Of a DNA stretch of 64,000 nucleotides, positions 13,201 to 27,324 are shown piece by piece. Position 1 is the first letter of the stretch, and each line of letters starts with the position of its first letter. Location of the stretch: assembly GCF_004010195.1 (NCBI RefSeq), contig NC_057718.1, positions 30,324,045 through 30,388,044 on the forward strand, written 5' to 3'. The stretch comes from Chiloscyllium plagiosum. Taxonomy: Eukaryota. The position numbers and the translations under genes were made by a program. A model generated the notes under the pieces. The model saw only the letters and a program-made list of their open reading frames with translations, was not told the DNA's origin and searched no databases.

Positions 13201-14252
13201 GCATACACACTCTCAGACTGTTGCCAGAGAGGGATAACCAAGTATCGTAAATATAACTGGAATATTTATAAAACAATTGTTTTATGCCAGCATTTTCAAT
13301 TGGAATTACATATGTGAATGCTTGTAATGGAAATTTCCTTTGTTAACAGCTGCCTACCATGCTGTAGTTGCAGGCTGTCATATTTCATATTTGTCCATGG
13401 TTGCAATGCACGCCTTTTAGTTTAAGGCCTGCACAATTTATGTTTCGCTTTAAGTTTTATTTCTTATGGTATGTCCGTGAGACTTTGTACCTGTGGTCAA
13501 ATTTGATTTCTGGGCCTTAACTGAGTCTCAACTTCAGCCTGCGCAATCCAGTATAAAACTACAACTCCCTTGGGCCCTTTGTTCCCCACTGGTCCTGGTT
13601 CCGCCTTGGCAGTTTCTTCAGCCCTACACATTAACTCTGTGGCTTCCCTGCTTACTTCAACTGTTTTGGGGTGTTTACCATTTTTTTTAATCACCAGCAC
13701 CTGGTCTACCACACGGGTCCTGTTTTAACTTGATGGGTTAATATCGTTGTTATTTCAAATTCTGTTCCTTTCTGTGCTGTCAGTTGTCTAGTAAATGTTG
13801 TGTAGTAAACCCCTCCCCCTCCAAACTTAATTTCATAGTCTTCATACAAGTTACTGTCAAAACATTGTGGCTACTCTGTCAATTGAAATCATCAAGACGG
13901 AAATTGATTAGAGTTTAATTATTTTGCATCTTTGATTATATTTAAAATCATGAAATGGAGTTCTAGTATAGGATATAGATCAGCCTTGATCTCATTTAAT
14001 AGTAGAGCAGACTGAAAGGGGTGAAAGGCCTCCTGCTCTGCAGTCTCCTGACAAGAGCTGTGCAGAATTGAGTAGACGCAATATGAGAGATATGAAATCT
14101 TTGGGAAGGTGGCTGTCTACGTGAAACTTATAAGTGTACATAAGTTGTGCAGTTAATAAAGGTGTAAGCTCCACCCTTTATGAACCATTGTTTGATTCAT
14201 CACAACAAAAATGGGAGGAACTCGTAGGAATAACAATGTCTTCTTTCAACAG

Positions 14253-14428
14253 GTGCTGAAACAGAAGAGCATAGATCAAGAAAATCTGCTGCAGATTTCT
14301 ATCAGAAGATGTTTGACTTTCAATATATTTTCGACAAATGTATTGAAGAAATTGGAGACAGATTCTGATAATGAAATGTGGGTTGAATACTCATGCATTC
14401 CCTATCCACAGTATAGGGTGTATTTAAG
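14253..14428 (+). CDS. Candidate internal exon (176 nt) of an unidentified host gene
   Basis: Acceptor tcttctttcaacag|G and donor AAG|gtaatc. Phase-0 frame is open throughout (VLKQKSIDQENLLQISIRRCLTFNIFS...YRVYL). Non-repetitive context. Protein not recognised. Confidence 0.3.
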
Positions 14429-16950
14429 GTAATCTATTGCATTAAATATCTTGTTTGTTTGATGTGTAATATTAGGTTGCAAAAATGCTCATGTTAGTTT
14501 TTGTGAGGTTCTACCCCTCTTCCTCGCCTTTCCAATTTGAAATTTACATTGTCTCTTCTATCACTTCCTCAGTATTTGCTTGTCCACTACACCAGGTTCT
14601 GTTTGGTCACAGTAAGGGATAACAGATAGGACAGCAACTTACTCCTGAGCACCTGTAACATTTAACTAATTGCTAGAATTATCTGCATTGGGAAAGCACT
14701 TTGTTTCTTCTGGCCAGTCCAATCAGGATCAGGGAACTTACGCTGTCAAGTATAAAAATGAAATCTATAACTTATCACTATGGTTCACCCTACCAACCAG
14801 ACGTTTAAATTTATCTGACTTGCTAATTGCATTAGAAAGATAACAAAAAAATCAAAAGCCAAAGGCTTAACTGTATTTTTTTAAAATTACAAGGTGTTGC
14901 AGCAAAATGTTTTTATGCCCAAATGATTAGTGCAGACCTAACCTGTTGACATTGTGAAGTCAAAGTTAATAAATTGCCAAAGTATATAGTCTCACCTTGG
15001 TTTATTCCATTTGATGCCATTAAGGTATTCTTCTTTTTGACTTCATGTATCATATCTATTTCAATTTACCAACCAATATTTATCTCCTGTATATCAAAGA
15101 ATTCTGACACTGTTTCCTTTAATTATTCCAAGTGCAGTGTAGATGTCTTCTGTGTACAGGACAAAATTTTTACAATAGAATTGGTTCACCCAATAAATTA
15201 ATTCCAAAGGCATTCCATTTTTGTATGAACTTTTGGCACAACAATACCAAATATGTTTGATAAATGTAGTTGGCGTTGTACCAATTTATGTTGTTGCTCC
15301 ACATTTTATTCTTGCATCTTTAGTTACACCCTTTATTCACATATGAGCATTGATGAGAATTGGAAAGCTCTTTATGGGGGCAATGTGGCTTAGCCCAGGC
15401 CTGCCCTTGCCAACCATCTGCATTAGTTCTTCTGATAGATTTAGATTGACTGATATCTAGAGTTTCCCAGTTGTTATCCAGAAACTCAGTAGAGATTATT
15501 CACTGTGGTTAAATATCAAATCTTATTTGAAATGTATATCATTTTTATTTATAATCAGCGTGATGCAGTTTGTGTAATAATTAATAAATACATATTGGGA
15601 CTTGTTTTTCTTTAAAAAAATCTTTCACCATGGGAAGATTTTGTACTTAACAATCATTTACTTTGTTAAGACACAGTGTTGGCCCTCTGAATGTTGAAGA
15701 TGTTCTCACCAGTTTTGACAACACAGGAAATGTCTGTGAGTTTATTTCATTTTACGTTCAACTGTGATGTGATGTTGAGGGAAATATGCATAACACAATT
15801 CTTAAAGAAGCACTGTGTATGACATAGACCTATGTGTCATTTCATGTTTCCACAGTGAATGTCATGAGTAATGCAGATTGTAACTGGTATATTACATGTT
15901 TGGCAAACTAGAACATTGCCAAAGACACTGATAAAGCAGTGCCTCTTTAACAATATATTCAGTTCCAGCATTAATGTGTTAATGTTTAGATCTGTTACTT
16001 CACCAGTACATCGCTTCAGACATTGGCTAATAAAACTATTTAAGGAAGATTGCTTTGCAGCTTTTAAGTTCATAATTATGCAGCACATTTTATTTTGTTT
16101 TTCTTTATGCCTACTTCTTGTGCATTGTTGTAATTTTTGTGCTTATCTGTGTGTGTGTAATTTTTAAATCTTTTTAAATCTTAAACCAATCTAGGTTTAA
16201 GAATAGTCACCAAGTGTATTAATTGTTTTGTTGGGGATGTCTGATGGACAAGACGTCTGGTTAAGCTGTTTAACTGAAGTGATGTTTGCACATTAATAGA
16301 TTTTTGTAATTTGTAATTTAGTTTTTAGGACTATAAATGTATCAATCAAGTCTGAGTCATATCAAAGGCTCTAAACTACATCTGGATTGAATGATCTACA
16401 GGATGTTTGTTGCCTTTTTGAACAACGTGAACCACTTGTTTTGTTTATTTAGGACAGGAAATCCAATTCTACAGGTGATTAGACATTGAGGGAGGCTGCC
16501 AGAAGGGGCCAATGAGAATGAGACAAGTAACAGACTTGTCTGCTTACTACCGGGTAGGATGCAGTTTTCCTGTCCGTAGCAATGATTTATATTTTCTTTA
16601 TTAGGATGGAGCAACTAGGTTGGACGTTGAATTAGCACACGGTCCTGGATTCATAGTAGTCTGCACTTATTTGTTGAATGCTTGCTCTTAGTTGCCTGTA
16701 AAATAGATTTATGCTAATAGCAACTCAGTTGCTCAGTTACTGACTATGAACATCAACACCAGTATGCCGACAAGTTAAATGTATATGGTACTGAATTACA
16801 AATGATACTCTAAATGGGAAGTAGAATATTTGACAACAGTGTTGCAGTTAGTGTATTAGTCTACATCTGAACTTGCTGTTTTGGCCTACAAGTGTTTGAT
16901 GTAACTATACGAGGTCAGCAAGAGGGAGGAGGAGAGCAAAGACGTGACAG

Positions 16951-17103
16951 GGGCTGCTAGTGGAAGGTTTGAAAAGCAAACAGTGACCCCCAAGACGAGC
17001 ATTGATCGGGCCGCAGCAAAGACAGATGCTGATATAAGATTGGCCTCCTGAAATTGACACGAGTGGACTTTGACTGTGAAATCTTTCCAATTAATCATGT
17101 CAG
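16951..17103 (+). repeat. About 150 bp direct repeat, copy 1 (copy 2 at 17944-18093)
   Basis: gggctgctagtgg...aattaatcatgtcag occurs twice, roughly 85-90% identical by eye. Confidence 0.9.
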
Positions 17104-17339
17104 GCTTGAATCTCCTCCATTAATTTTATGTTGAGATGGAGTCTACCAGTTCTTTGCTTGTGGGTTAGAGTGGAAGTAACATTAACACATGCATGATTTT
17201 AATACTTAATTGTGCAACATTTGTGAACACATAGTTTAGAAGAACTATTATGTCTCTCTTCGTGGAGTGATGCTGACAGTGAGGTAAAGAAGAAAAATGT
17301 GAAATACTGAATTTGGTAAATAGAACATGTGAAGAAATA

Positions 17340-18180
17340 TTAAGGGGTTTGAAAGTGGAATAATTGTCAGACATGTGAATTAGATCTCATGCTGCTAAGA
17401 GAAACAAAGGAGGACATGGCAGAGGTTTTAATGGTCATTTTCCAGTCCCCTGTGCCTTGAAGTGAGTTATTGAGGACTGCTAAAATTGTACTGTTGCTTA
17501 AAAAGGGAGGAAAGAATAGGCTGTGCTAATGCAGGCCAATCAGCCTAACTTTGGTGGGGAAGTATTGAAAAATAGTCTGAGGAATAGTAATAATCATCTA
17601 GAAAGGCAACTATTAATCAAAGAAAATCAGTCTTGATTTGTTCATGGATTGACTGACTTGAAATTTGAGGAGATAACGAGTAGGATTGATGAGATTGTAG
17701 CTAAAATTCCTGTAGACTACAAATGTGCAAAGGGTTTGGTTCGGCCCTAAGGCTATCAGAAAAGTAAAAACCTATGTGGACTAAGGCAAAAGGGCAAATT
17801 TGGTCTAAAATTGGGTCAGAGTTTGGAAGCAAAAATTCAGAATACATTTTAATAATTTAGAATTGTGTGTGGGAGGCATGATAAAGAATTTTGCAAATGA
17901 TTCAAAAATTGATAATCTGGTTGGTATTGTGGGAAGATATTGAGGGCTGCTAGTGGGAGGTTTGGAAAGCAAACAGTGACCCCAAGACGAGCAGTGATTG
18001 GGCCGCAGCAAAGACATGCTGACAAAGGATTGGCCTTCTGAAACTGACATGAGTGGACTTTGACTGTGAAATCTATCCAATTAATCATGTCAGCTTTATG
18101 TTGAAGGAAGATATCAATGGACTGGTCAGGTGAGCCAAACATTGGAACATGCAGATGAGTTCAGAGATGTGTGATTGGAG
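17340..18180 (+). mobile_element. Degenerate CR1 RT fragment containing copy 2 of the 150 bp repeat
   Basis: Relics of LFKKG..YRPVSL, FADDTK (tttgcaaatgattcaaaaatt) and EDINGLVR motifs. Confidence 0.65.
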
Positions 18181-18189
18181 ATGATGATA

Positions 18190-20830
18190 AAACCTGTCCT
18201 ATCATACCTGCAAAGGCCTCCTTTCAGGTCTAGTGCCAGAATTGGGAGAACTGTCGAGCAACAGCCTGATATTTTCATACTCTCAGAATCATAACTTACA
18301 AACAGCGTCCATTACACTAACAGTGGGACAGACACACTAGATTTGGCAGTACTTTGATGTAAAGTTGAAAGTATGTTGCTCTGGAACTTCTCAACATTAA
18401 CACTGGACTCCATGAAGTGTCATGCCATCAGTGAAACATAGGCAAGGAAAACTCCTGATTACCATCTACTGCACCTGTCAACTTCTCACTCTGTACTCCT
18501 TCACGTTGAACACCAAAAAATAGTGTGTGTGGCAAGGGTGCATATTCAGGATGGAACCTTCAAAATCCGTGATCAAACGTGGCTAGGTAGCACTAGTACT
18601 GGCAAGTCCTAAAGGACATTGCTGCTTCACCAGGTCTGTGGCAGGTGGCAAGGAAACAAATGAGGGAAAAACGACTTGACCGTATCCTTACCAATTTACC
18701 TGTAGCAGATGCATTCATGCATGGTAGGAGCACAGTCCTTGTGGAAATCAAGTCCTGTGTTCACACTGAGGATCCCTTCATTGCGATATGTGGTGTACCA
18801 CTGTGAAAAATAGGGTAGATATTGAACAGATCTAGCAACACAAAACTGGGCATCCATGAAGTGATCCATTAGCAACAGCAGAATTGTGCACAACCACAAT
18901 CTGTAACCTTGTGGTCTGGTATATCCCCTGTTTTACTATTACCATCAAGCTAGGGGACCAACCTTGGTTCAATCAAAGGTGCATGAGGACATGCAAGGAG
19001 CAGTACAGACATACCTGTAAAAACAAAATGAAGTGTTAACTTGGTGAAGCTATAACACAGGATTACTTATGTACAATACGGTGGAAGCAGCATGCAATAA
19101 ACAGGGCCAAGTGATCCTCCTGTCCAACCGAGAAGTCCCACTGCATCCAATCATGAATGGTGGTGGGCAATAGAACAACGATGCACAGGAGGAAGCTCCA
19201 CAAATACTTTTAATCTTATTACTTAATGAACAAAAGAAAAGGCTGATGCATTTTCATCTATCTTTTGTCAGAAGTGTCAAATGGATAATTCACCTTGACC
19301 TTCTCTTGAGGTCATTAGCTTCACAAGTGGAGGGCTTCATTAAATTAGTTTTACACCCTGTGATATCAAGAAATGGTCGACGGCATGGGACATTGCAAAA
19401 GCTATGGCCCCTGACAAAATTCCTGCAATAATACTGAGGATTTGAACTTCAGAATAAGATGTGACCTAAGTTGTAGCTGTACTGGAACAGCTTAATATTA
19501 GCACCTACCTGACCATGTTGATAATTGCCCAGGTATCCCTGTACACAAAAAGCTGGACAAATCCACCCTTGCCAATTAACATCACATCAGGCTACTCTCG
19601 AACATCAATAAAATGATGGAAGAGGTCACCAATAATGCTGTCAAATGGCAATTGTTCAGCAATAACCTGCTCATTGACACTTAGTTTGGATTTCATAAGG
19701 GCCATTAAGCTCTTGATCTCAATACAGTTTTGGTCTAAATGTGGATAAAAGGGCTGAACTCCGGAGGTGAGTTGAGAGTAAATGCTTTGATATCAAGGCA
19801 GCATTTGGCAGTCAGTAATATTGCAATACTGGAGTCAATGGAAATCAAGAGCAAAATTCCCCATGGCTGAGTAGTGTACCTAGCATAAAGGAAGGTGGTT
19901 GTTTTGTTGGAGGTCAATAACCTATCCCAGAACATTATAGCAGGAGTCTGTCAGGGAGGTATTATAGACCCAATTACCTTCAGCTGCTTCATCAATGACC
20001 TTCCTCTCAATAATAAGGTCAGAACTGGGATGTTTGCTGATGATTGTACAATGTCTAGTGCCACTTGCAATTCCTCAGATACTAAAGCAGCCAGTATTCA
20101 TGGGTAGCAAGACCAGACATCATACAGGCCTGTACTGATAAGTGGCAAGTTGCATTTGTGCCAAGCAATGACTATCTCCAATAGGACAGAATCTAAATAT
20201 TTCTCCTTGACCACCAACGGCATTACCATTGACCAGAAATGGAACTGAACCAGTCTTCTGGCTGCAGAACCAGGCTAGACGCTCAGAGTTCTTTATTGAA
20301 TAATCCCAAAGACTATCCATAATCTATAAGGCACGAGTCAGGACTAGAGTGCAATACTCTTCACTTGATTGGATGGGTGGAGACCCAATAACAGTCAAAA
20401 ACCAGCATCATCCAGGACAAAGCAGCATGTTTGATTGGCATCCCATCCACCATTTACAACATTCACTTGCTTCACTACTGACACACAATGGCAACAGTGT
20501 GTATTGCTTACAAGATGAACTGTAGTAACTTACCCAAGTTCGTCTATCAGCATCTTCTAAACCTGTGTCATTTGCTACCTAGTAAAACAAGGGCAATAGA
20601 TGTGTGGGATCACCACTAACTGCAAATTCCCCTCCAAGCTACACACTATTCTGACTTGTATTGTTATCACCATTTCTTCACTGTTGTAGAGTCAAAATCC
20701 TGGGACTCCTTTCATAACTGTGCTGTGGGTGCTCCTATACCACATGGACTAAAGCAGTTTATGAAGGCAAACCATCATCAACTTCTTGAGGGCAATTATG
20801 TATGTACAATACATGCTGACACAGCCAGTG
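18190..20830 (+). mobile_element. Old CR1-clade LINE, degenerate ORF2 (APE endonuclease + RT) and 3' tail
   Basis: APE-like QQPDIFILSES near 18260. RT motifs AGVCQGGIIDPITFSCFINDLP and GMFADDCT (ORF 19895-20107). Many stops and frameshifts. Confidence 0.8.
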
Positions 20831-20939
20831 ATGACCACATAGTATGTTTGAGATTTTAATTTAAATTAGCCATGCACGCTAAATGCTGCCAATGCTGGCA
20901 AAGATCACATCCCAAGACTGAAATCTATTTGGGACTCTC

Positions 20940-21480
20940 CTGTATTAGACAGTGTACAGAATATTGGAGGAAAGAGGTTGGGATGGAACTGTACCAAATA
21001 TTAGTTAGACCACAGCTAAAGTATTACATGCAGTTTTTACAGCCACTTTCCAGGAAATATTTGATTGCAGTAGAGAGGGTACAGAGGATATTTATGAACT
21101 TATTGGCAATAATGGAAATCCTTTAGCTTCAAGGAAAGATTGAATAAGCTAGGCTTGTTTTCTGCGGTATAGAGGAGGCTGAGGGAGGATTTAGTAGAGC
21201 TGCATAAAATTAAGGGGCCTTGATAGAGCGTATAGAACAAGCCTATTCCTCTTTGCTGTGAGATTAATAACTAGGGGCATTGATTTAAAGTAATTGTAGA
21301 AGCATTATAGGGGAGTTAAGTGACAGTAGAGGCAAAAACGTTCATCACATTGAAACTTACTTGAATATGTACTTGATCTTTTGTAACCTACAAGGTTAAG
21401 GACCAGTGGATAGAAAGTTGGATTTGGTTTGGACAGCCATTTCTTGACTGACATAAACACAATGAACTGAATGGATTTGT
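20940..21480 (+). mobile_element. Old CR1 3' fragment
   Basis: ORF 20872-21126 contains LYQILVRPQLKYYMQF...ERVQR. Confidence 0.75.
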
Positions 21481-23439
21481 TCTTAATGTTTTCGTTTGCT
21501 GATTTGCATCATTAAAACTAGAAAGAAACCGTTCCATCTGCAAATTTTTGTTGCTTTGGCCAAAGTACCTACTGTTGGTCTAAGTGACTCTGGGTTTAGG
21601 AGGGAAATAATCATCCAGGTTACTTGTTGATATTCCTAGTCCAGTGATCGACATTGCAAAATGCACATGCTTGTATGTATATTAAGCAAAATCCGAATAC
21701 GTTTGACTATTATACCCTTTATGAACAGTCTGTCAAGACTTTCTGCGCATGCTGACAAGTGGAGAATTGAAAATTGAACAAGGTTCTGGATGGTTATGTA
21801 AGCTTTTGGAACTGTAGTTCAACTCAAAAAGATGTGATTGGGGGTACCATAGAAAACTCCAATCATATTGCATATGCACTCAAGCTGCAAAAGTACTTAA
21901 TCTAGTAATTAAAGGCCTCTCCAGAAACACATCCAATTTCTTCAACACTTCCAATTTCTCCACTTACTGAGACTCAGAAATATAATGCAAGGAACATTAC
22001 GCTGTTAGCTCTTAATTACACGGTTACAGCTCTCATGCTAGAGTGTGACATAATTAGCTCCCAACTTCATCTCTCATGAGAATTGATGTTTAGTGTTTCT
22101 GAAATAACCCTGTGATCAAATACCACGCACGCATTGTCTTATGAATATCTATTTCACTGTCATAACCATCATTCTATTAAATCCTGGGGCTGATTATATA
22201 GTTTTTTTATGAAACATCTTTTTAAATGAACAGTGCATGATTCTCTGGTACAGTAACCCTTATCTTTCAGCTAGTTAAGAAATCCATTGTTATAAAGTAC
22301 AGGCTGGATTTATTAAGAATATAGATTTGAATTTCCAGTTCAGTTGTACTATTGCTGCTGAGCATTCATGTGACAATGAGGTGGGAAAGAAAAAGTAGAT
22401 ATTTTAAAGAACAGGTTATCATTTTGCTGAATATAAATATATATTAAAATGAAATGTTATATGGGATAAATAATATCTGACTATTGTATTGCATGATATG
22501 CTGAAAATATTGTAGTCCTTTTTTGTAGGTTTTAAGACTGAACAATCTGAATGTCACAAATTCATGTCATCACTTGCTTCAGAGCATCAGCTCCTGCTGC
22601 TTCCTAAAATGCCATCTCCTGTAATAATGAAGCCAATTGCCACCAACATAATCTTTAAGCAATATGCCTTTCAGCAAACACAAAGGGTAATTGAGTTGCA
22701 GCACTCACATTCTTGTAAACATTCAGTGAGCTTCACAACTTGATGGCAATACATTTATATTTTCTTTTTTAAAAGAAAGCCTTGCAGTCTTACTCTTTGA
22801 CAGTGTAAGTGTTTACATTTTTTTTCCTCTTGCTTTTAACTAATTTTGCCTTTAGAATAATTTGGCATAGTGATCTTGGTGTCCACTGAGTTAATGCTGT
22901 TTTTCATTCACTCTGTAATAATTGAAAAAAACCCAGTAATTTGTATATTCGAGTCTACAAACCTAGGCACAATTTTCAAAAAACATTATTCCAAAAAGTT
23001 TAACTTAAATCTTCTTTTTCTGAGCCACGTTTTGGCCTAGTCCCTCATTAAGAGTGGCTTAGTAGTACCACTGCTGATGAAATGTTATGGTGCAGAAGGA
23101 GGCCAACCATGCTTCCACTGGCTGTTTAATGAGGCTGGCTGAGTCAAAAAGAAGACATTAGCTGCTAAATTGGGCTTGTGACACACATCGGGGGAAAAAA
23201 TTATTTCACCTTATTCTCATCAATTTATCTGTGGAAGATTGTGCTGGCATTAGGCCTACTTAAAGAAAAATAAAATGCTAATCTGACAAAGCGAAATCAT
23301 AGAAGGAACATGTTATAGACAGAGAGATAGTGATTCCACAACTAACAAATCAGCTTAAAGTTCTGTATTTCTGCCCCAATTATGATTGTTATAGACAATT
23401 CAAGTAACATGAGGAAAAGGTTCCATGAACAATTTAAAC

Positions 23440-24290
23440 ATAATTCTTAACGTAGTGGAGTGCAGCAAATCAGTGCAAAGGACAAGGCTGAAGTGTTTGT
23501 TGCAAGTGAATGATCCAACATGACCTTCAAGAGTTCAAATGTCACAGAAGGCAGACTTCAACGAAATTGATTCATCCATTGTTGAGAATCCCAGATATGC
23601 AAAAGGCTATGGACCATGACGACATTCTGGTTATAAAGCTGCTGACTTGCTCCAGTGCATCTAGCCCAGCTAGCAATGCGAAAACACTGCCATCTACCCA
23701 ATGATTTGGAAGGTTGCATCAGTTTATAAAGGAGGAGAAATCCAACCTAACCAATGAATACTCCATTTACATACTCTCATAGTTCAACAAAGTGACACAA
23801 ATTATTGTTGACAGTGCTGGAAACCAGCAACAACTCGGGGCCAGACTACCTGAGACCTTGTTATGGTTTTTTTCCTCCAAACATGGACAAAAAGCTAAAT
23901 TCCAGAGCTGAGCTAATAGTGACTGTGCTTACCAGCAAGGCAGCATTTAATCAAGGTTGCAACGTGGAGCCCTTGTTAAATCGAAGTCAGTGAGAATTGG
24001 GGAAGTAACCCTTGGCTGGAATCACACTTATTCAAAAATCATTGAGGTTGTTGGAAGCCAATCCCGAACATAATTACAGGGGATTCTAAGGTAAGTGTCT
24101 TGAGCCCAGTCATTTCTAACTGCTTTATAACAATCTCTTTCTTTTCATTTGGTGAGATTTGGGAATCCTCACTGAGTTCAATTTCTTTTGCAAATAGTCA
24201 AATAATGAAGCAATCTTTACTTTCAAGCAGCAAGATCTTGTGAATCTCCAGGCTCAGACTATTAAATGTCAAGTAACATTTGCACAGTTA
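23440..24290 (+). mobile_element. Very degenerate fragment of the 18190-20830 LINE family (RT region)
   Basis: Shared words aaaggctatggaccatgacgacatt, catggacaaaaagctaaattccag and agcaaggcagcattt. Confidence 0.6.
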
Positions 24291-25902
24291 CACATGACAC
24301 CACATTTCCTAATTGGACAATGCTTAATTTTATAACTTGTAGTCAACTTATATGTCTAAATTTTAATTTTTATAGCTATTTGTATATTTTAATATATTAG
24401 TGCATTGCTGTCTGCTAAACGTGCTGTTAAATACTTACAAATCCTTAATGTTAGCGATGTGCTATCCTCTGGATTCCTCTAGAGGGCAAGCTTTGCTACC
24501 ATAGCAGGTTTTTATAGCTAGGATGAAAACTGGTTGGAACAGAGCCATTGAAGAGTTCCTTTCTTGATTAGTTGATAATATTGATATCTATCTTTTGAAT
24601 GTATCTCGCCCTCAGCCTCCCCCTTTTGTGGCTAATTTCAGGGACTAATTAGAGGCATAAAGAACATATTGTCATGCTATTTTCTTTAATTTGAAGATTA
24701 TGAAATTTAGTTGTCTTCATAAGGAACACCATTCCGTTAGAAAAAGAGAGAGGTTCTTCCCAAATAAACTGATCAAAAATCTCTGAATATGTAGAAGGCA
24801 GATTTAAAGTACTAAATAATGTATTTACCATGTGCAGTTACAGTAATTCTAATTGCATTTTCCAAAAAATAAATGAATAGGTATTTCCTTCAATATGTTG
24901 TAGTAAATTTATTTTTAAAAATCTTAAGTTTATAAGTGGTACTGTAAAGTATCAATCTTACTTTGTATCATTGTCTGTGCTGTGATAATGAATTGCCAGT
25001 TTTGAAATGAAGTTTGGCATTCATTGCTTAAACAAAATTAATGAACTGTAATTCCAGTTAATTTTCTCATCAGAACCTTAATCCAACTCAATATTTGGAA
25101 AACTGAAGGCATTCAGGCATCACTGAAGGCATCACTGCTGCAAAACCTGCTTCAGCCTCTGACTGACTCAATCCCTCTCCTTGGCAGCTGGTTAAGGCTG
25201 AACCAGATCGTTTGCAACCACATTGTAATTGGCCTTTAGATGAACTTCTGACCATATCAACCCAGCTTTTGAGACTGCCTATCTGAATCTCCGTGTCATC
25301 GTCCAGCTTTGGGAATTACAGATGATTAAGGGACAAAGCTAAAAGTGGCAGGCAGAAAAAGTGAAACAAACATTATTCTGGTTTTAATTTTTGGAAAGTC
25401 TCCATTAATTTTCTTCTGACGGAATGAAAACCTTGTACTTAGAAAATTAGTTGTCTCCAGGCTCAAAGTTATCAGCAGTTCGGCGGTAACTATCTCTTAT
25501 CATTCCATTAAAAACTCATTCATTTCTAATGCACCAGCCTAATTTTTTCTGTCATTTTTAATGTGAAACTAGAGACCAAATACTTCATGTTGCAATCATT
25601 TTCAGTCTGTTGATAGCAAAAATACACCCAACGAAGGAGCAAGGATCTCTTGCAGCAGTGTTTGGATTTTCCCAGTTTTGCAAATGTGCTAATGGCAGAA
25701 ATTGCTGTTAAATTTACTCCTAATCATGGTTAGCACAGCTTGGATCACCATTAATATCCCAACACATGAATAAGTCCATGTTTGTATGTAGTGGAGGAGA
25801 TGGGAGATATATTTCAAATGATTGCCAAGAACATTTCAAAATCTTTTGAAATAATGGTTCTTCTAAATAACGTGCACTTTGATAGTAGGATCAGAATCAG
25901 AT

Positions 25903-26240
25903 TGGAGAGGCGATGGCCTGGTGGTATTATCACTCGACTGTTAGCCCAGAGACCCATGTAATGTTCTTGAGACTTGGTGCGTTCAAATCCCACTATGGCA
26001 GAAAGTGGAATTATAGTTCAGCAAAAAATATGTGGAATTGAGTCCATGAAACTATTGTTGATTGTCGAAAAACCCCTCTGTTTCACTAATTTCCTTTCGG
26101 GAAGGAAACTGCATCTTTATCTCATCTGGTCTACAAGTGACTCCAGACCCATAGTAAGGTGGTTGACTCTTAGCTGTTCTCTTGGATGGGCAATAAATGC
26201 TTGCCTAGCCTGCAGTGTCCACGTTATGTGAATAAGTTTT
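25903..26240 (+). mobile_element. tRNA-derived SINE of a second family (partial copy at 61100-61240)
   Basis: A-box tggcctggtgg and B-box gttcaaatcc. Core ttcactaat..gggaaggaaa..gtgactccagaccc. Tail gggcaataaatgc resembles the 3' end of the old CR1-clade LINE (11509-11550, 20790-20840). Confidence 0.75.
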
Positions 26241-27324
26241 CAAAAAAAATAAAGATTACTAGGATCATGATTTTGTGTGCTGAAAAATTAGATTTTTTTT
26301 CCTTTTTTTATGGCTAGAAGTGCTGTTGTGCACACTTAAATTTTTTTTTAATCCCATCATCAAATTACCAGTGGGTTTTTTTCAATCAGTTTTCACCATC
26401 AATAAACGACCCCTGATTCCAAATGAATAATTTACATGCAAAGCCTGCTAAGGGCAAACAGTTGGGTATTGGTTCCTGCTAACATTATCAAATGTCTAGT
26501 TCAAATGCTTACAACTGTTTTGAAATCTTAACTATGCAGGTAAATGTTGAATTGAGGATTAGCAATGTTTTGCAGCTGCAAAAAGAGGATGTTGAGCAGA
26601 TCACTAAAATTCTTTTGGAGGTTTGTGTTTTTAAGGATTTTTATGATTTCCAAATTCATTGTATGTGCTTTCTGGAAGATTAGGTGTACTGAAAGTAAAG
26701 CACAACCAATGCCAATCGGGAAGTATGTGCAAGAATGTCGCTCAACTCGTTAAATAATGACTTAACTGATATAAATGACACATGGTCTAGTTCAGCTGCA
26801 GAGGATACATCTGAAATTAAAAATGGAAGGATATGCTGAGAGTACAGATTGAGATAAGTAGATCAAGATTGCAACAGTAAAGAGTCATGTCTTCTTTAGA
26901 ACATATCCTTAGCTGCCCCAGGCCAAAGGATCAAATAAGCATGAAAGACCGTCACACAGAAAGTTATTAGGTAGGGCTAATGTTATGTTTGCAGTGTAAT
27001 ATTCTAGGAGACTCTGTAGAAGGGTAACTTGATGGAGGTTACCCATGGAGGTGTTGGGCCTGGAGGTAGGTACCAAGGTAAGAAATTTAGAATGAGTATG
27101 ATGTGAATGTTACTTCATCAACACTTTCTTTTTGAAAATTATTCTGTTTTGTTTCATTAATGGTATGTTTTATAATGGGAATAACGGATAATGCTTAATC
27201 AGATTTTAAACTGTACCTTTTAGTAGATGTTCCTCTGAAGTTGAATGGATTTGATGAAGCAACTTGTGTAAACACTCAGGGTGTTTTACGCTCATTACAG
27301 TCAATGAATTATCTGTTGCATAGA

